Below, piece by piece: positions 7,196 through 16,121 of a stretch of 28,815 nt of DNA. The translations under genes were made by a program, and so were the position numbers. The DNA is from Deinococcales bacterium (GTDB lineage: Bacteria > Deinococcota > Deinococci > Deinococcales > JAAFIG01). Under the pieces are notes generated by a model. That model worked only from the letters and a program-made list of their open reading frames with translations. It searched no databases and had not been told where the DNA came from. How positions within the stretch are numbered: position 1 is the stretch's first letter; the number at the start of each line of letters is the position of its first letter. The stretch lies in contig JANNVX010000042.1 in the NCBI GenBank assembly GCA_031414595.1, forward strand, positions 1-28,815. The letters are read 5' to 3'.

Positions 7196-7229
7196 AATCA
7201 GCCCTCAATTTGGGGGCTGATTTTATTTT
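7196..7229 (+). terminator. Intrinsic terminator after amtB
   Basis: AATCAGCCCT-loop-GGGGCTGATT followed by TTATTTT; overlaps the end of the convergent GNAT gene. Confidence 0.6.
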
Positions 7230-7743
7230 GCCGCTCGAGCCAAACACGGCGCGTCAGTTCGTACTTGGCAAAACGGTATTTGCCTGTATTGGTTGTCCCA
7301 ATAAACAAAAATCCATTCTTTTCAAAACTCGAGCGAGCGCGTTGGTTATCTTCTAAGGTCTCGAGGGTAATCCGCCCAAAATCTTTGGCAAAAATAAATT
7401 GTAAAGCCAAGCGCAACGCCCGAGTCCCTAAGCCCAAACCCCAAAGGCGTTTTTCGCCAATCAGAATCCCGAGAACCGCACTTTTTGGCTGCTGCACAAT
7501 GTCGTAAAATTCGACGCTGCCAATAAAAACCTGATCGAAATAAATCGCCAAGCCGATTCGCTCACCACTTTTTTCTTCACCCAGCACAATGTTTTTGAAC
7601 AACCAAAGCGGCATGAAAATCGGGTTTGCACCGTTTAGAAGCGCAATTTCTTTATCCCGAAAATACCTGTAAAATAATGCCCAATCTTTGGGTTTCATCT
7701 CGAGCATCGGGCGTACTTCAAGATGAGCGTCTTGCAAAACCAT
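7198..7743 (-). CDS. GNAT acetyltransferase, RimJ/RimL-like
   Basis: LGILIGEKRLWGLGLG and N.RA...FEKNGF. Leaderless start ATG 7743, 6 nt after TACAAT. The longer ORF-track start overlaps the SRP RNA. Confidence 0.85.
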   Translation of the reverse strand: MVLQDAHLEVRPMLEMKPKDWALFYRYFRDKEIALLNGANPIFMPLWLFKNIVLGEEKSGERIGLAIYFDQVFIGSVEFYDIVQQPKSAVLGILIGEKRLWGLGLGTRALRLALQFIFAKDFGRITLETLEDNQRARSSFEKNGFLFIGTTNTGKYRFAKYELTRRVWLERQNKISPQIEG

Positions 7744-7750
7744 AAGACCA

Positions 7751-7780
7751 TTGTAAAACACCAGCCCGATGACATATACT
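7751..7780 (+). promoter_or_regulatory. Promoter for SRP RNA, overlapping the divergent GNAT -10
   Basis: TTGTAA (7751-7756), 18 bp, TATACT (7775-7780), 7 nt before the RNA stem. Confidence 0.6.
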
Positions 7781-7787
7781 CCTGCCC

Positions 7788-7889
7788 GCGTCATCGGCGT
7801 AACGCGGTGATGGCTCTCGAATCAGGTCAGGTCCGGAAGGAAGCAGCCTTAAGGGATGCCCATCAGGTGCCGTTACTCACCGATGACGC
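7788..7889 (+). ncRNA. ffs: Bacterial small SRP RNA (4.5S)
   Basis: Signature TCAGGTCCGGAAGGAAGCAGC inside a long hairpin closed by GCGTCATCGG/CCGATGACGC, followed by a T run. Confidence 0.95.
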
Positions 7890-8000
7890 ACTTTTTTAAT
7901 AAATCCTAATTTAGGCTTGGATACAATCAACCTCTCACAGGTCAAGAAGCCTAATCCACTATTCACGAATTTTAGTTCAGGACAAATTTATCACTTTACC

Positions 8001-10043
8001 TCAAAGCGCATAGCCGAAGGCAGCCTTTAATTCTTCTAGGCTGCCAATTGGTTTTTGACATGCCATGTTCTGACAAATGAATACTTTGGGTTCTTGGCTT
8101 TGACGGTTTTCCAACAGTGGCAAATTAGCGTTTCCAGCCACAATCGCGGTGTGTGGTCGGTATTGGCGTTGCACCAGTTTTAGCATGGCTTGTGTGTCGT
8201 CCCTAGTCAAATCACCAGCCACAGCAATTTCTTGGTGTGGTGCAAGGTGTTGTTCTAAGGCGCGGTTAAGGCTACCAAAACCAGTCGGTTGACGCTGCAT
8301 CACTTCCTGCATTTGCAAAATAGCAGTCAGGGCAGTTTCTTCTAGGGCTGGCTGGCTGGTTAAGCGGGCGAGTTTAATCAGCAATAAGCTCGTCGCGCCG
8401 TTACCGCTTGGCATGGCGCTGTCAAAATAACTTTTTGGGCGAACAATTAGGGTGTCAAAGTCGCTAGGGGTGTCAAAAAAGCCGCCTTGGGGGTCGGTAA
8501 AAAACGCAAAGATGCTGCCGCTCAGGGCTTGGGCAGTCTCGAGGTAGTGGGTTTCAAAGGTGCTTTGGTAAAGTTCGAGCATTCCTAAGCCTAAGAGGGC
8601 ATAATCCTCGAGCATTCCATGGATTTTGGCGTTGCCGCCAGTTTTATAGCTGTGCCAGAGCCGCAAATGCCCAGTTTGGTCGGAATAAGCAAATTTCCCC
8701 AGCAAAAAAGCCGCTAAGTTTTTGGCGTGTTGCAGGTATTTTGGAGCGCGTCCGCCCATGATTCGCCCAGCAACAGCCAAGGCTTCTAGGGTTAAGCCGT
8801 TCCAACTGCACAAGATTTTGTCGTCTAAGCTAGGTTTGATACGTTTTTCTCGGGCATAAAAGAGTTTACCTTTGGCGTTCTCGAGCAGTTCTTCGATATT
8901 TTCGCCGCTTGCCATTAACGGCTCGAGTTCTTGGTGGGTAGCAGTTTGATGCAGTATGTTTTTGTGTTCCCAGTTGCCTTGGGGTAATACACCAAATGCG
9001 CGTTTGAAAATTGGGCTGTCTGCGCCAAGAATTGCGTCTATTTCGCTCTCATCCCAAACAAAGTATTTGCCTTCAATCCCTTCGGAATCGGCATCTTGAG
9101 CGCAGTAAAATCCGCCCTCTACCGACTGCATTTCGCGCAATAGGTACTCGAGGCTTTCTTTGGCGGTTAAAAAATATTGGATGTTTTGGGTGGCTTGGTA
9201 ACTGAGGGCATAAAGTTTAATCAGTTGGGCATTGTCATAGAGCATTTTTTCAAAGTGTGGCGCAAGCCAGCGTTCATCGGTGCTGTAGCGGGCAAAACCG
9301 CCGCCAAGGTGATCATAAATCCCGCCATCTGCCATACTGCCTAGGGTTTTTTGCAGCATCTCGAGGGCTTTGGGGTTGTTGGTGCGACTGTGATGCTCGA
9401 GCAACCATTCCAGATTAGCTGGATTGGGGAATTTGGGGGCTGCCCCAAAGCCGCCATATTGCGGGTCAAAGCTGCGTTCTAAGTTGCTTAGGGTTTTGTC
9501 GGAAGTTTCGATTTGTTCGGCACTTTTTAAGTTCTCAAAGTTTTTAAGATGATTGGTCAGGTCGTTGGCGCTCTCGAGCAATTGGCTGCGTTTGTTGTTC
9601 CAGGCTTCGGAAACCGAAATCAGCACTCGAGTCAAACCCGGTCTGCCATATCGGTCGGTTGGTGGGTAGTATGTGCCACCGTAAAAGGGTTTGCCTTCTG
9701 GGGTCAAAAAGACAGTCATCGGCCAGCCGCCAGCCCCACTTAAAATCTGCACTGCGTTCATATAAATGCTATCTACATCGGGGCGTTCTTCGCGGTCTAC
9801 TTTGATTGGGACAAATAATTTATTCATCAGGGCAGCAATCTCGAGGTTTTCAAAACTTTCGCGCTCCATCACATGACACCAGTGGCAAGCGCTGTAGCCC
9901 ACCGATAAAAGAATCGGTAGGTCTCGAGTTTTTGCCATCTCAAATGCCGCCTCTCCCCACGGTAGCCACGCCACTGGATTGTAAGCATGTTGTAAGAGAT
10001 ACGGGCTGGTTTCGTTGGCTAAGGCATTGGCTGGGTGTTTCAT
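8001..10043 (-). CDS. Thioredoxin-domain DUF255 protein (YyaL/SPATA20 family)
   Basis: [55 protein letters not shown] lies 6 nt before the ATG. Confidence 0.95.
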   Translation of the reverse strand: MKHPANALANETSPYLLQHAYNPVAWLPWGEAAFEMAKTRDLPILLSVGYSACHWCHVMERESFENLEIAALMNKLFVPIKVDREERPDVDSIYMNAVQILSGAGGWPMTVFLTPEGKPFYGGTYYPPTDRYGRPGLTRVLISVSEAWNNKRSQLLESANDLTNHLKNFENLKSAEQIETSDKTLSNLERSFDPQYGGFGAAPKFPNPANLEWLLEHHSRTNNPKALEMLQKTLGSMADGGIYDHLGGGFARYSTDERWLAPHFEKMLYDNAQLIKLYALSYQATQNIQYFLTAKESLEYLLREMQSVEGGFYCAQDADSEGIEGKYFVWDESEIDAILGADSPIFKRAFGVLPQGNWEHKNILHQTATHQELEPLMASGENIEELLENAKGKLFYAREKRIKPSLDDKILCSWNGLTLEALAVAGRIMGGRAPKYLQHAKNLAAFLLGKFAYSDQTGHLRLWHSYKTGGNAKIHGMLEDYALLGLGMLELYQSTFETHYLETAQALSGSIFAFFTDPQGGFFDTPSDFDTLIVRPKSYFDSAMPSGNGATSLLLIKLARLTSQPALEETALTAILQMQEVMQRQPTGFGSLNRALEQHLAPHQEIAVAGDLTRDDTQAMLKLVQRQYRPHTAIVAGNANLPLLENRQSQEPKVFICQNMACQKPIGSLEELKAAFGYAL

Positions 10044-10137
10044 GGGGTTAGCCTAGGTTGAAAAGACCAAATTGGGTAGGGGCAGATGTGATGAAATTGT
10101 ACTTTTTACCCTTAAAATGCGTTAATGTTAGGTTCTG

Positions 10138-10782
10138 ATGTCCCGTTCTCATCTCGAGCAATTTCAAGATGTGGTTTTGGCTGCTTTACCGCAGGCAGAA
10201 TCTGTTTTGTTACCTGGTGAATTATCAAAGTATTTGCAACCCGAGGTGATGGCAGCGGCAATTGGGGCTTTACAAAATAATTTACCAGCCGCAGATATTA
10301 TTTTGGCAGCTTCGTTTGATGACCCCGCCTTGATTTTTGAATTGTCGCTTCGTTTAGGAATTCCGTTTGTGACGGCTCAAATTGTAGATGTAATTTTATC
10401 TGATGATACTGACTCGAGTGGTTTTTTGCAAAACGACCAGCTTTTGCAGGTTCAAGTAGCGGAGCAAACCATAGCGATTGTCAAAGGGGCAATTCCTCAA
10501 AATGCCAGAGTGTTGGTCTTTAGAGATGTACTGGACGAAGGCATCATGACCTTGAGTTTATTGCATTTGACGCAGTATAGTGGAGCATCGGCTGTGGGAG
10601 TGGCAGCATTAATTGAAAAAGGTTATTTAGGCGGGCGTAATCGTATTGCGATGGCTGTGTCGGGCATCGAGATTCAGGCATTGGTGGTCTTGGCTCGAGC
10701 CGCAGGGCGTGTCATCTTGGAGAAACGACAGGTACAATTGCTGGATTTACACATCCATAAGGGCAAACTAGGCGCATACTAG
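10138..10782 (+). CDS. Phosphoribosyltransferase-like protein with degenerate PRPP motif
   Basis: Overall Apt/Xpt-like pattern (LGIPFV, RVLVFRDVLDEG, VGVAALIEK), but the DD..TG.T signature is altered. Confidence 0.7.
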   Translation: MSRSHLEQFQDVVLAALPQAESVLLPGELSKYLQPEVMAAAIGALQNNLPAADIILAASFDDPALIFELSLRLGIPFVTAQIVDVILSDDTDSSGFLQNDQLLQVQVAEQTIAIVKGAIPQNARVLVFRDVLDEGIMTLSLLHLTQYSGASAVGVAALIEKGYLGGRNRIAMAVSGIEIQALVVLARAAGRVILEKRQVQLLDLHIHKGKLGAY

Positions 10783-10842
10783 ATAATTGACCTAAGACCA
10801 TCCTATGTAGGTCGTATCATTCATCAGTAACGAGGTGCAAGT

Positions 10843-11868
10843 GTGAATCTGGAAAAACAATTAACTCAAATGTCTTTTGCGACCACAGCCTTTGTCTTGC
10901 CGCCCGTTCCTTTGGATGCACCGATTTTTCAAGCCTTATCAAGTGCTTTAATTCGCTGGGATATGCTCGAGGCAGATGTTGAATCGCGCAGTCAGTTCTC
11001 TGGATTTTCGATTTTACGCACCCCCACAGGAGTCGCTAGGGCATATTTTATTGATTCGCGTCTGGCTGGTGTGGTTGGGCAAATCGGCGCAGAAACAGGA
11101 CAGATACTGGGGCGCGAAGGTTTTTTATCGCTTTATATGAACCGCGAAGCCAGCATCAGCCTGTATACCTTAGACCGATATGCAGTACAGAGTTTACTCG
11201 AGATTGGCACTTGGGACTTACAACTCGAACGGGTTGTACCGCAAGCCTCAGTCAGTGCCATTATGTCGAGCATCGAACAACAAAATTTAACAGGGCAACT
11301 GCTGACCCTTGGTGAAGATTGGCGCGGAGTCATGACCTATAACAATGGCACACCAGTCTTGGTCAGTTACGAACAAGCCGAACGGGTACTTTTTCAACAC
11401 GAAGCCCAAACCAGAATCGCTCTTGAATCCACCGAAGAAGGGACTCGATTTGCGGTCTACAGCAAAAATGGCTTCTCGAGTCTTGATCAGAACACAATTT
11501 TGAGCGAAAGTTCATTCGATGAACTGATTCGAGCTTGGAACGAAATTCTGTCTTTTTGCGAGAAACGCACCGATTCGGTACGCGGCAAAGATACTTGGGA
11601 TTTGACCTTTCGTAAAGCCCGTTTGCTGCTGGTAGACCGTTATGGCACACTCGACCCATTCTTAGACGATTTGCGTTACACCGCCAGTTTACTGATTGTC
11701 AGTCGTCCTAGCCAAGAGTTATTTGAGGGTTTAGTGGCGGCTTACTTAGAAACCTTAAAGCAATTGCAGATTCCACCAGAAGCGCTTTACCCGCTTATAG
11801 CGCCAATTCGGGATAAGTACCGTCGCTTATGGCGGGCAGCTGGGCTTGAAGTCGTTTGTCCGCTCTAA
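10843..11868 (+). CDS. Hypothetical cytoplasmic protein, possibly two DUF4388/PATAN-like modules plus a helical C-terminus
   Basis: Long ORF with GAGGT RBS. Repeated FSG...YFIDSRL / LTG...TYNNGTP patterns. The domain call is tentative. Confidence 0.65.
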   Translation: MNLEKQLTQMSFATTAFVLPPVPLDAPIFQALSSALIRWDMLEADVESRSQFSGFSILRTPTGVARAYFIDSRLAGVVGQIGAETGQILGREGFLSLYMNREASISLYTLDRYAVQSLLEIGTWDLQLERVVPQASVSAIMSSIEQQNLTGQLLTLGEDWRGVMTYNNGTPVLVSYEQAERVLFQHEAQTRIALESTEEGTRFAVYSKNGFSSLDQNTILSESSFDELIRAWNEILSFCEKRTDSVRGKDTWDLTFRKARLLLVDRYGTLDPFLDDLRYTASLLIVSRPSQELFEGLVAAYLETLKQLQIPPEALYPLIAPIRDKYRRLWRAAGLEVVCPL

Positions 11869-11893
11869 AATATGGGTTCTATAAGGTTAAAAA

Positions 11894-12673
11894 ATGAGTA
11901 CATTATCTGGTGCATTAGAAAAAGAACAACTGTTTAGCCTATTGTCGTACCTAAAATTAACGGCGGCTTCTGGTCGGCTCGAGGTCCATTACGGACAAGA
12001 AGATGCCAGTATTTATATCGAAAGTGGCGAAGTCACCCATGCTGAAGCTGGGGTCTTACTTGGTCAGCACGCCATTCGTAAGGTCACAGGCTGGGCTGGT
12101 GGGCGTTTTCTTTTTCATTCGGGCGAACGCAGTCCTCGTTCAAGCATAGACACTTCGCTTGAAGGCTTGGCGCTTTCTATTGCTGTAGCCCAAGATGAGG
12201 GTATTTCCGACGATGAACTAGGGGTTGACCTTGACCGCCGAGCCAGAATGGTCGGACAATTTGAAGGTGAATTAACCCTTTCTGCCGATGAACTGATGTT
12301 GCTGCCGCGTTTGAATGGCTCAGCAACCCTGCGTCAAGTCGGTCAAAGCCTCAATTGGTCTGAAGTGCGAACTCGGCAAGCGGTGGCTGCTTTAAGCACA
12401 CGCGGTTTATTGCAAGTTGGTAAGACAACCACCAGTACCATCTCAAATGAATTTATGCTCGAGTTACGGCGCAGCTATATGGGCTTACTTGGTCCTGCTG
12501 GAGAATTTTTATATGCTGATGTCGGACACGGCTTAAGTGTGGATATGACCCAAGTGCCAGTCACAAGGTTCTCGGAAACCATACGGGCATTAGCCGACAG
12601 CATTGGCGATGTGGCAACTCGAGAACGCTTTATTCAAAGTCTGGTACAACTTCGGAGTAAATATGAAATTTAA
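11894..12673 (+). CDS. DUF4388 (PATAN-like) domain protein with winged-helix-like middle
   Basis: LSG.L....L..LL..L.....SG.L.V......IYIESGEVTHA....G..A.....W..G.F.F pattern, then NGSATLRQV...L..RGLL. Confidence 0.8.
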   Translation: MSTLSGALEKEQLFSLLSYLKLTAASGRLEVHYGQEDASIYIESGEVTHAEAGVLLGQHAIRKVTGWAGGRFLFHSGERSPRSSIDTSLEGLALSIAVAQDEGISDDELGVDLDRRARMVGQFEGELTLSADELMLLPRLNGSATLRQVGQSLNWSEVRTRQAVAALSTRGLLQVGKTTTSTISNEFMLELRRSYMGLLGPAGEFLYADVGHGLSVDMTQVPVTRFSETIRALADSIGDVATRERFIQSLVQLRSKYEI

Positions 12674-12711
12674 GCACATTTTTGTTAATTTCGATCTCAA
12701 CAGGAGGTCAT

Positions 12712-14157
12712 ATGAGTAGTTTTAGCATTCATTTAAGCGAACCACTGTCCGATGGCGAAGCCAAACGGGTTGCCCAATTAACCGCACCAGCTTTGGGTGG
12801 TAGCCCCGAAAAATTGCAACTGCTACTCTCGAGACAAGCCGGCTCGAGAATTGCCAGAGCCGCTAATCAGCGCCAAGCCGAGACGGTTGCCAATATCCTA
12901 CGCAGTGCTGGGGTTAAAGTAGATGTTCTCGAGAATGCCGCCGAGGGTGAGGTTATTCCACCCACGGCGATTATTCCTCCTGTGTTGGCGGCTGTTCGTC
13001 CTGTGCAAGCCGATCCATTTGCTTCACCCAATATCCCACCCTTAAATCCACAAATTGTAGATTCTTTTGCTGCGCCGAAATCAGACCCCTTTGCTGCTCC
13101 AAAATCAGACCCGTTTGCTGCTCCAAAGTCAGACCCATTTGCTGCTCCAAAATCAGACCCATTTGCTGCTCCAAAGTCAGACCCATTTGCTGCTCCAAAG
13201 TCGGAATCCGTGACACGCACAAACCCAGTCAATACAGACCCATTTGCAGCCCCCGGAATGTCGGTGGTGGTGGATAAGAAAGAAGTTGTACTTACAGATT
13301 TACCAACCCAAGCCCGTAAAGCTCGAGACCGCGCTATGCCGCGTACCAGTGTGCGTAATCAAATGCTTATCTCGTTAATCATTCCGTATCTTCTGGTAGC
13401 CGTTGGCACAATTGCTTTTATGGCTTATCAGTTGCCGCAGATTTATCGTCAGGAACTTGGGTTAAGGGCGTATCAAGCTGCCGTTAGCGAAGCCGAATCT
13501 AACTTTGGGCTTATCGAACAATTACCTGCTCCAGCCGCTTTAGCCGAACTCCAAGCCGAAGCTGAAGGTGACTTAAAACAAATTCCAGAAGCAGCAGCTG
13601 TTATTTATGAAGCTACAATTTTAGAAATATCTGGAGCAAATGGGGCTTTGGCGGCGGTTGCTTCGACCAATAATATGACCATAGCCGAAGCTCGAGGACT
13701 CGAAAAACAATTTAAGGAACTCGAGGCACAAGGTTTGGGTTTTGGTCCAATTAGTTTTCGTGGTCAACCCTATATTGGTTCAGTTGCCGAAATTAAAGCT
13801 GAAGAACTGGTTGCACCGGCTTCATCCACTAATCAAGCCGAAAGTGCAATTGGCGAAGTCCATGTGATATTTTCTGTCTCCGAAATTCCAAACCGAGTGA
13901 TTCAAGCTATTGTTCCGCTTTTAGTTGCCCTAGGCATTATTTTTATTTTTGCGCTGTTTTTAGCCAATGCCCTAGCAAGTCGTTTGGCGCGTCCAATCAT
14001 TTCGGCTACCGACCAAGCCAACCGTATTGCCCTAGGCGATTTAGACCGCAGTGTGACCGTAGAATCCAACGATGAAATCGGCGACATGCTTGGTTCGCTC
14101 GAGCGAATGCGTGTTTCCTTAAAATCTATGGTGGCGCGAATGAGGCGAAATACATGA
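12712..14157 (+). CDS. Membrane sensor-like protein: N-terminal cytoplasmic domain with DPF repeats, 2 TM, C-terminal HAMP
   Basis: AGGAGG RBS; two hydrophobic segments; HAMP motif RPI...ANRIALGDL....DEIGDM..SLERM ends the protein. Confidence 0.85.
   Translation: MSSFSIHLSEPLSDGEAKRVAQLTAPALGGSPEKLQLLLSRQAGSRIARAANQRQAETVANILRSAGVKVDVLENAAEGEVIPPTAIIPPVLAAVRPVQADPFASPNIPPLNPQIVDSFAAPKSDPFAAPKSDPFAAPKSDPFAAPKSDPFAAPKSDPFAAPKSESVTRTNPVNTDPFAAPGMSVVVDKKEVVLTDLPTQARKARDRAMPRTSVRNQMLISLIIPYLLVAVGTIAFMAYQLPQIYRQELGLRAYQAAVSEAESNFGLIEQLPAPAALAELQAEAEGDLKQIPEAAAVIYEATILEISGANGALAAVASTNNMTIAEARGLEKQFKELEAQGLGFGPISFRGQPYIGSVAEIKAEELVAPASSTNQAESAIGEVHVIFSVSEIPNRVIQAIVPLLVALGIIFIFALFLANALASRLARPIISATDQANRIALGDLDRSVTVESNDEIGDMLGSLERMRVSLKSMVARMRRNT
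13060..13200 (+). repeat. 24-bp coding tandem repeat (SDPFAAPK x5 plus one degenerate unit)
   Basis: TCAGACCCNTTTGCTGCTCCAAAR at 13081, 13105, 13129, 13153 and 13177. Units differ only at synonymous positions. Confidence 0.95.
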
Positions 14158-15719
14158 CCGCTAAAACCTTGCGGCGTTGGTTGCCTTTGCTGCTGGCGTT
14201 GGGGTTTACCAGTTTTGCACTTGCCACCGACCCAAACGGAGCAAACACGGGTGGCATTGGTAATATCACTGACCCAACCCCCGATTCACCTTTAACCATC
14301 GAAGATTTAGGCAATATCCTAGGGCAGACTCGAGTTGCCTTAAACCTTGTCTGGGTGATGGTGGCGATGTTTTTAGTGATGTTTATGCAGGCTGGGTTTG
14401 CACTGGTCGAAGCTGGTTTTACTCGAGCCAAAAATGCTGGGCATACCATGATGATGAACCTTTTGGTCTACGGCTTAGGGGTGCTTGGTTTTTTAACTGT
14501 CGGTTTTGGGCTGCAAATGGGCGGCTCAGGTGGGAACGTAGCCGCTTTTGGTGGCGGTGATAACCTTAATTGCTTATTGGGGCTAACGATTGGCGATCAA
14601 AAATGGGGTTTTTTAGGCTGCACTGGTTTTGGCTTAGCGGGCAATTCTTATGATGTCGCAACCTTTGCTTTGTTCTTTTTTCATCTGGTCTTCTTGGATG
14701 CAGCCCTGACCATCCCGACAGGGGCATTAGCCGAACGTTGGCGCTCGAGTGCTTTTATTTTGTATGTACTTGGTGCTTCAACCCTGATTTATCCTGTGTT
14801 CGCAAATTGGGCATGGGGTGGCGGGTGGCTTTCGCAACTGGGTAAGAACTTGGGTTTAGGCAATGGTTATGTGGATTTTGCGGGTTCTGGGGTGGTGCAT
14901 TTGACGGGTGCAGTCATGAGCTTGATGGGCATCCTTGTTTTGGGTCCACGCATTGGACGTTTTAACCGCGATGGCACGGCTCGAGTAATTGCAGCCCATA
15001 ATTTGCCACTGGCAATTTTAGGCACTTTCATTTTGGCATTCGGTTGGTTTGGCTTTAACGCAGGTTCAACCTTAGCTGCCACCGATATTCGTTTTGTGAC
15101 TGTGGCAGTCAGCGCCATGATTTGCTCGGCGGCTGGCATGGTTGCGGCTGCATTTTATACATCTGCCCTGAACGGACGTATTGACCTTGGCATGGTTGCC
15201 AACGGAATGCTTGGCGGTTTGGTCGCCAATACCGCTTCGGGCGCGTTTATCGGCGCACCAGCCAGTGTGGTAGTTGGAGCAGTGGCTGGATTATTGGTGG
15301 TTTGGGGAACAGAACTGCTCGAGAAGTGGCGCATAGATGACGCTGTGGGCGCAATTCCAGTCCACGGTATTTGTGGGATTTGGGGTTTGCTGTGTGTTGG
15401 AATTTTTGCCGATGGCACATACGGACGCGGTTTTAATGGTGTTGACAGCACTGTTACAGGTATTTTGTACGGCAATTGGCAACAGATGGTGGCACAACTG
15501 ATTGGCATTGCCACCAATATCCTCTGGGTTGCCCCAACCAGTTATTTGTTATTTCGAGCCATTGATCGTTTTGGCGGCGGTATGCGGGTCAAACCACAAG
15601 CCGAAATTGAGGGCTTGGATTACCACGAATTAAGCGCTCCAGCTTACCCTCGAGACGATGACCATGAACCTAAACCAATACCGCAAAGCAATACCGATTT
15701 AATGCCCGTCGAACGGTAG
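14154..15719 (+). CDS. amt: Ammonium transporter (second, divergent paralog)
   Basis: FMQAGFALVEAG, GALAER, DFAGSGVVH, FGWFGFNAGS, DDAVGAIPVHG. ATGA overlap with the HAMP gene. Confidence 0.95.
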   Translation: MTAKTLRRWLPLLLALGFTSFALATDPNGANTGGIGNITDPTPDSPLTIEDLGNILGQTRVALNLVWVMVAMFLVMFMQAGFALVEAGFTRAKNAGHTMMMNLLVYGLGVLGFLTVGFGLQMGGSGGNVAAFGGGDNLNCLLGLTIGDQKWGFLGCTGFGLAGNSYDVATFALFFFHLVFLDAALTIPTGALAERWRSSAFILYVLGASTLIYPVFANWAWGGGWLSQLGKNLGLGNGYVDFAGSGVVHLTGAVMSLMGILVLGPRIGRFNRDGTARVIAAHNLPLAILGTFILAFGWFGFNAGSTLAATDIRFVTVAVSAMICSAAGMVAAAFYTSALNGRIDLGMVANGMLGGLVANTASGAFIGAPASVVVGAVAGLLVVWGTELLEKWRIDDAVGAIPVHGICGIWGLLCVGIFADGTYGRGFNGVDSTVTGILYGNWQQMVAQLIGIATNILWVAPTSYLLFRAIDRFGGGMRVKPQAEIEGLDYHELSAPAYPRDDDHEPKPIPQSNTDLMPVER

Positions 15720-15761
15720 TTTGGCTATCAGCTTTGAGTCCTGAGCTTTGATTTGGAGTGC

Positions 15762-15794
15762 AAAAAAATGACCCCGAATTCGGGGTCATTTTTT
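15762..15794. terminator. Bidirectional intrinsic terminator
   Basis: Perfect palindrome ATGACCCCGAATTCGGGGTCAT flanked by A and T runs, between convergent genes. Confidence 0.85.
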
Positions 15795-16023
15795 AATCTT
15801 CGTCATCATCATCTTCTTCATCGTCATCATCTTCGTCATCGTCGTCTTCCATGTAGACACCTTCGGTTTCATAACCTTCGATGTCCTCAGCCGTAGCAAC
15901 TTCCTCGTCGTTGGCAAAGAACGAAACGACACCATCATCGTTAAGTTCTATTGTTACATCGTCGGGGTCTATGTCGTCGGGAACGGTCACATAAAAAACG
16001 GCGGTCAATTCAATTTCTGGCAT
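15793..16023 (-). CDS. Small, extremely acidic hypothetical protein
   Basis: Strong GAGGAGG RBS and its own terminator; 76 aa with an Asp/Glu tail. Confidence 0.75.
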   Translation of the reverse strand: MPEIELTAVFYVTVPDDIDPDDVTIELNDDGVVSFFANDEEVATAEDIEGYETEGVYMEDDDDEDDDDEEDDDDED

Positions 16024-16121
16024 GATAATTCCTCCTCTACGCAGTATGCCAGACCAAGCCCCATGCTGTCGAGTCCAGACACATCTTGTCCCTGCTTAGT
16101 CTCGAGGGTAAGCTATGTTTT

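Noticed and set aside
13081-13200. 24-bp repeats as a CRISPR array
   Set aside because: Directly tandem with no spacers, in frame, with only synonymous variation; no cas genes in the window.
12867-13232. Antisense ORFs with repeated SDFGAANG / LEQQMG
   Set aside because: Shadow frames of the coding tandem repeat.
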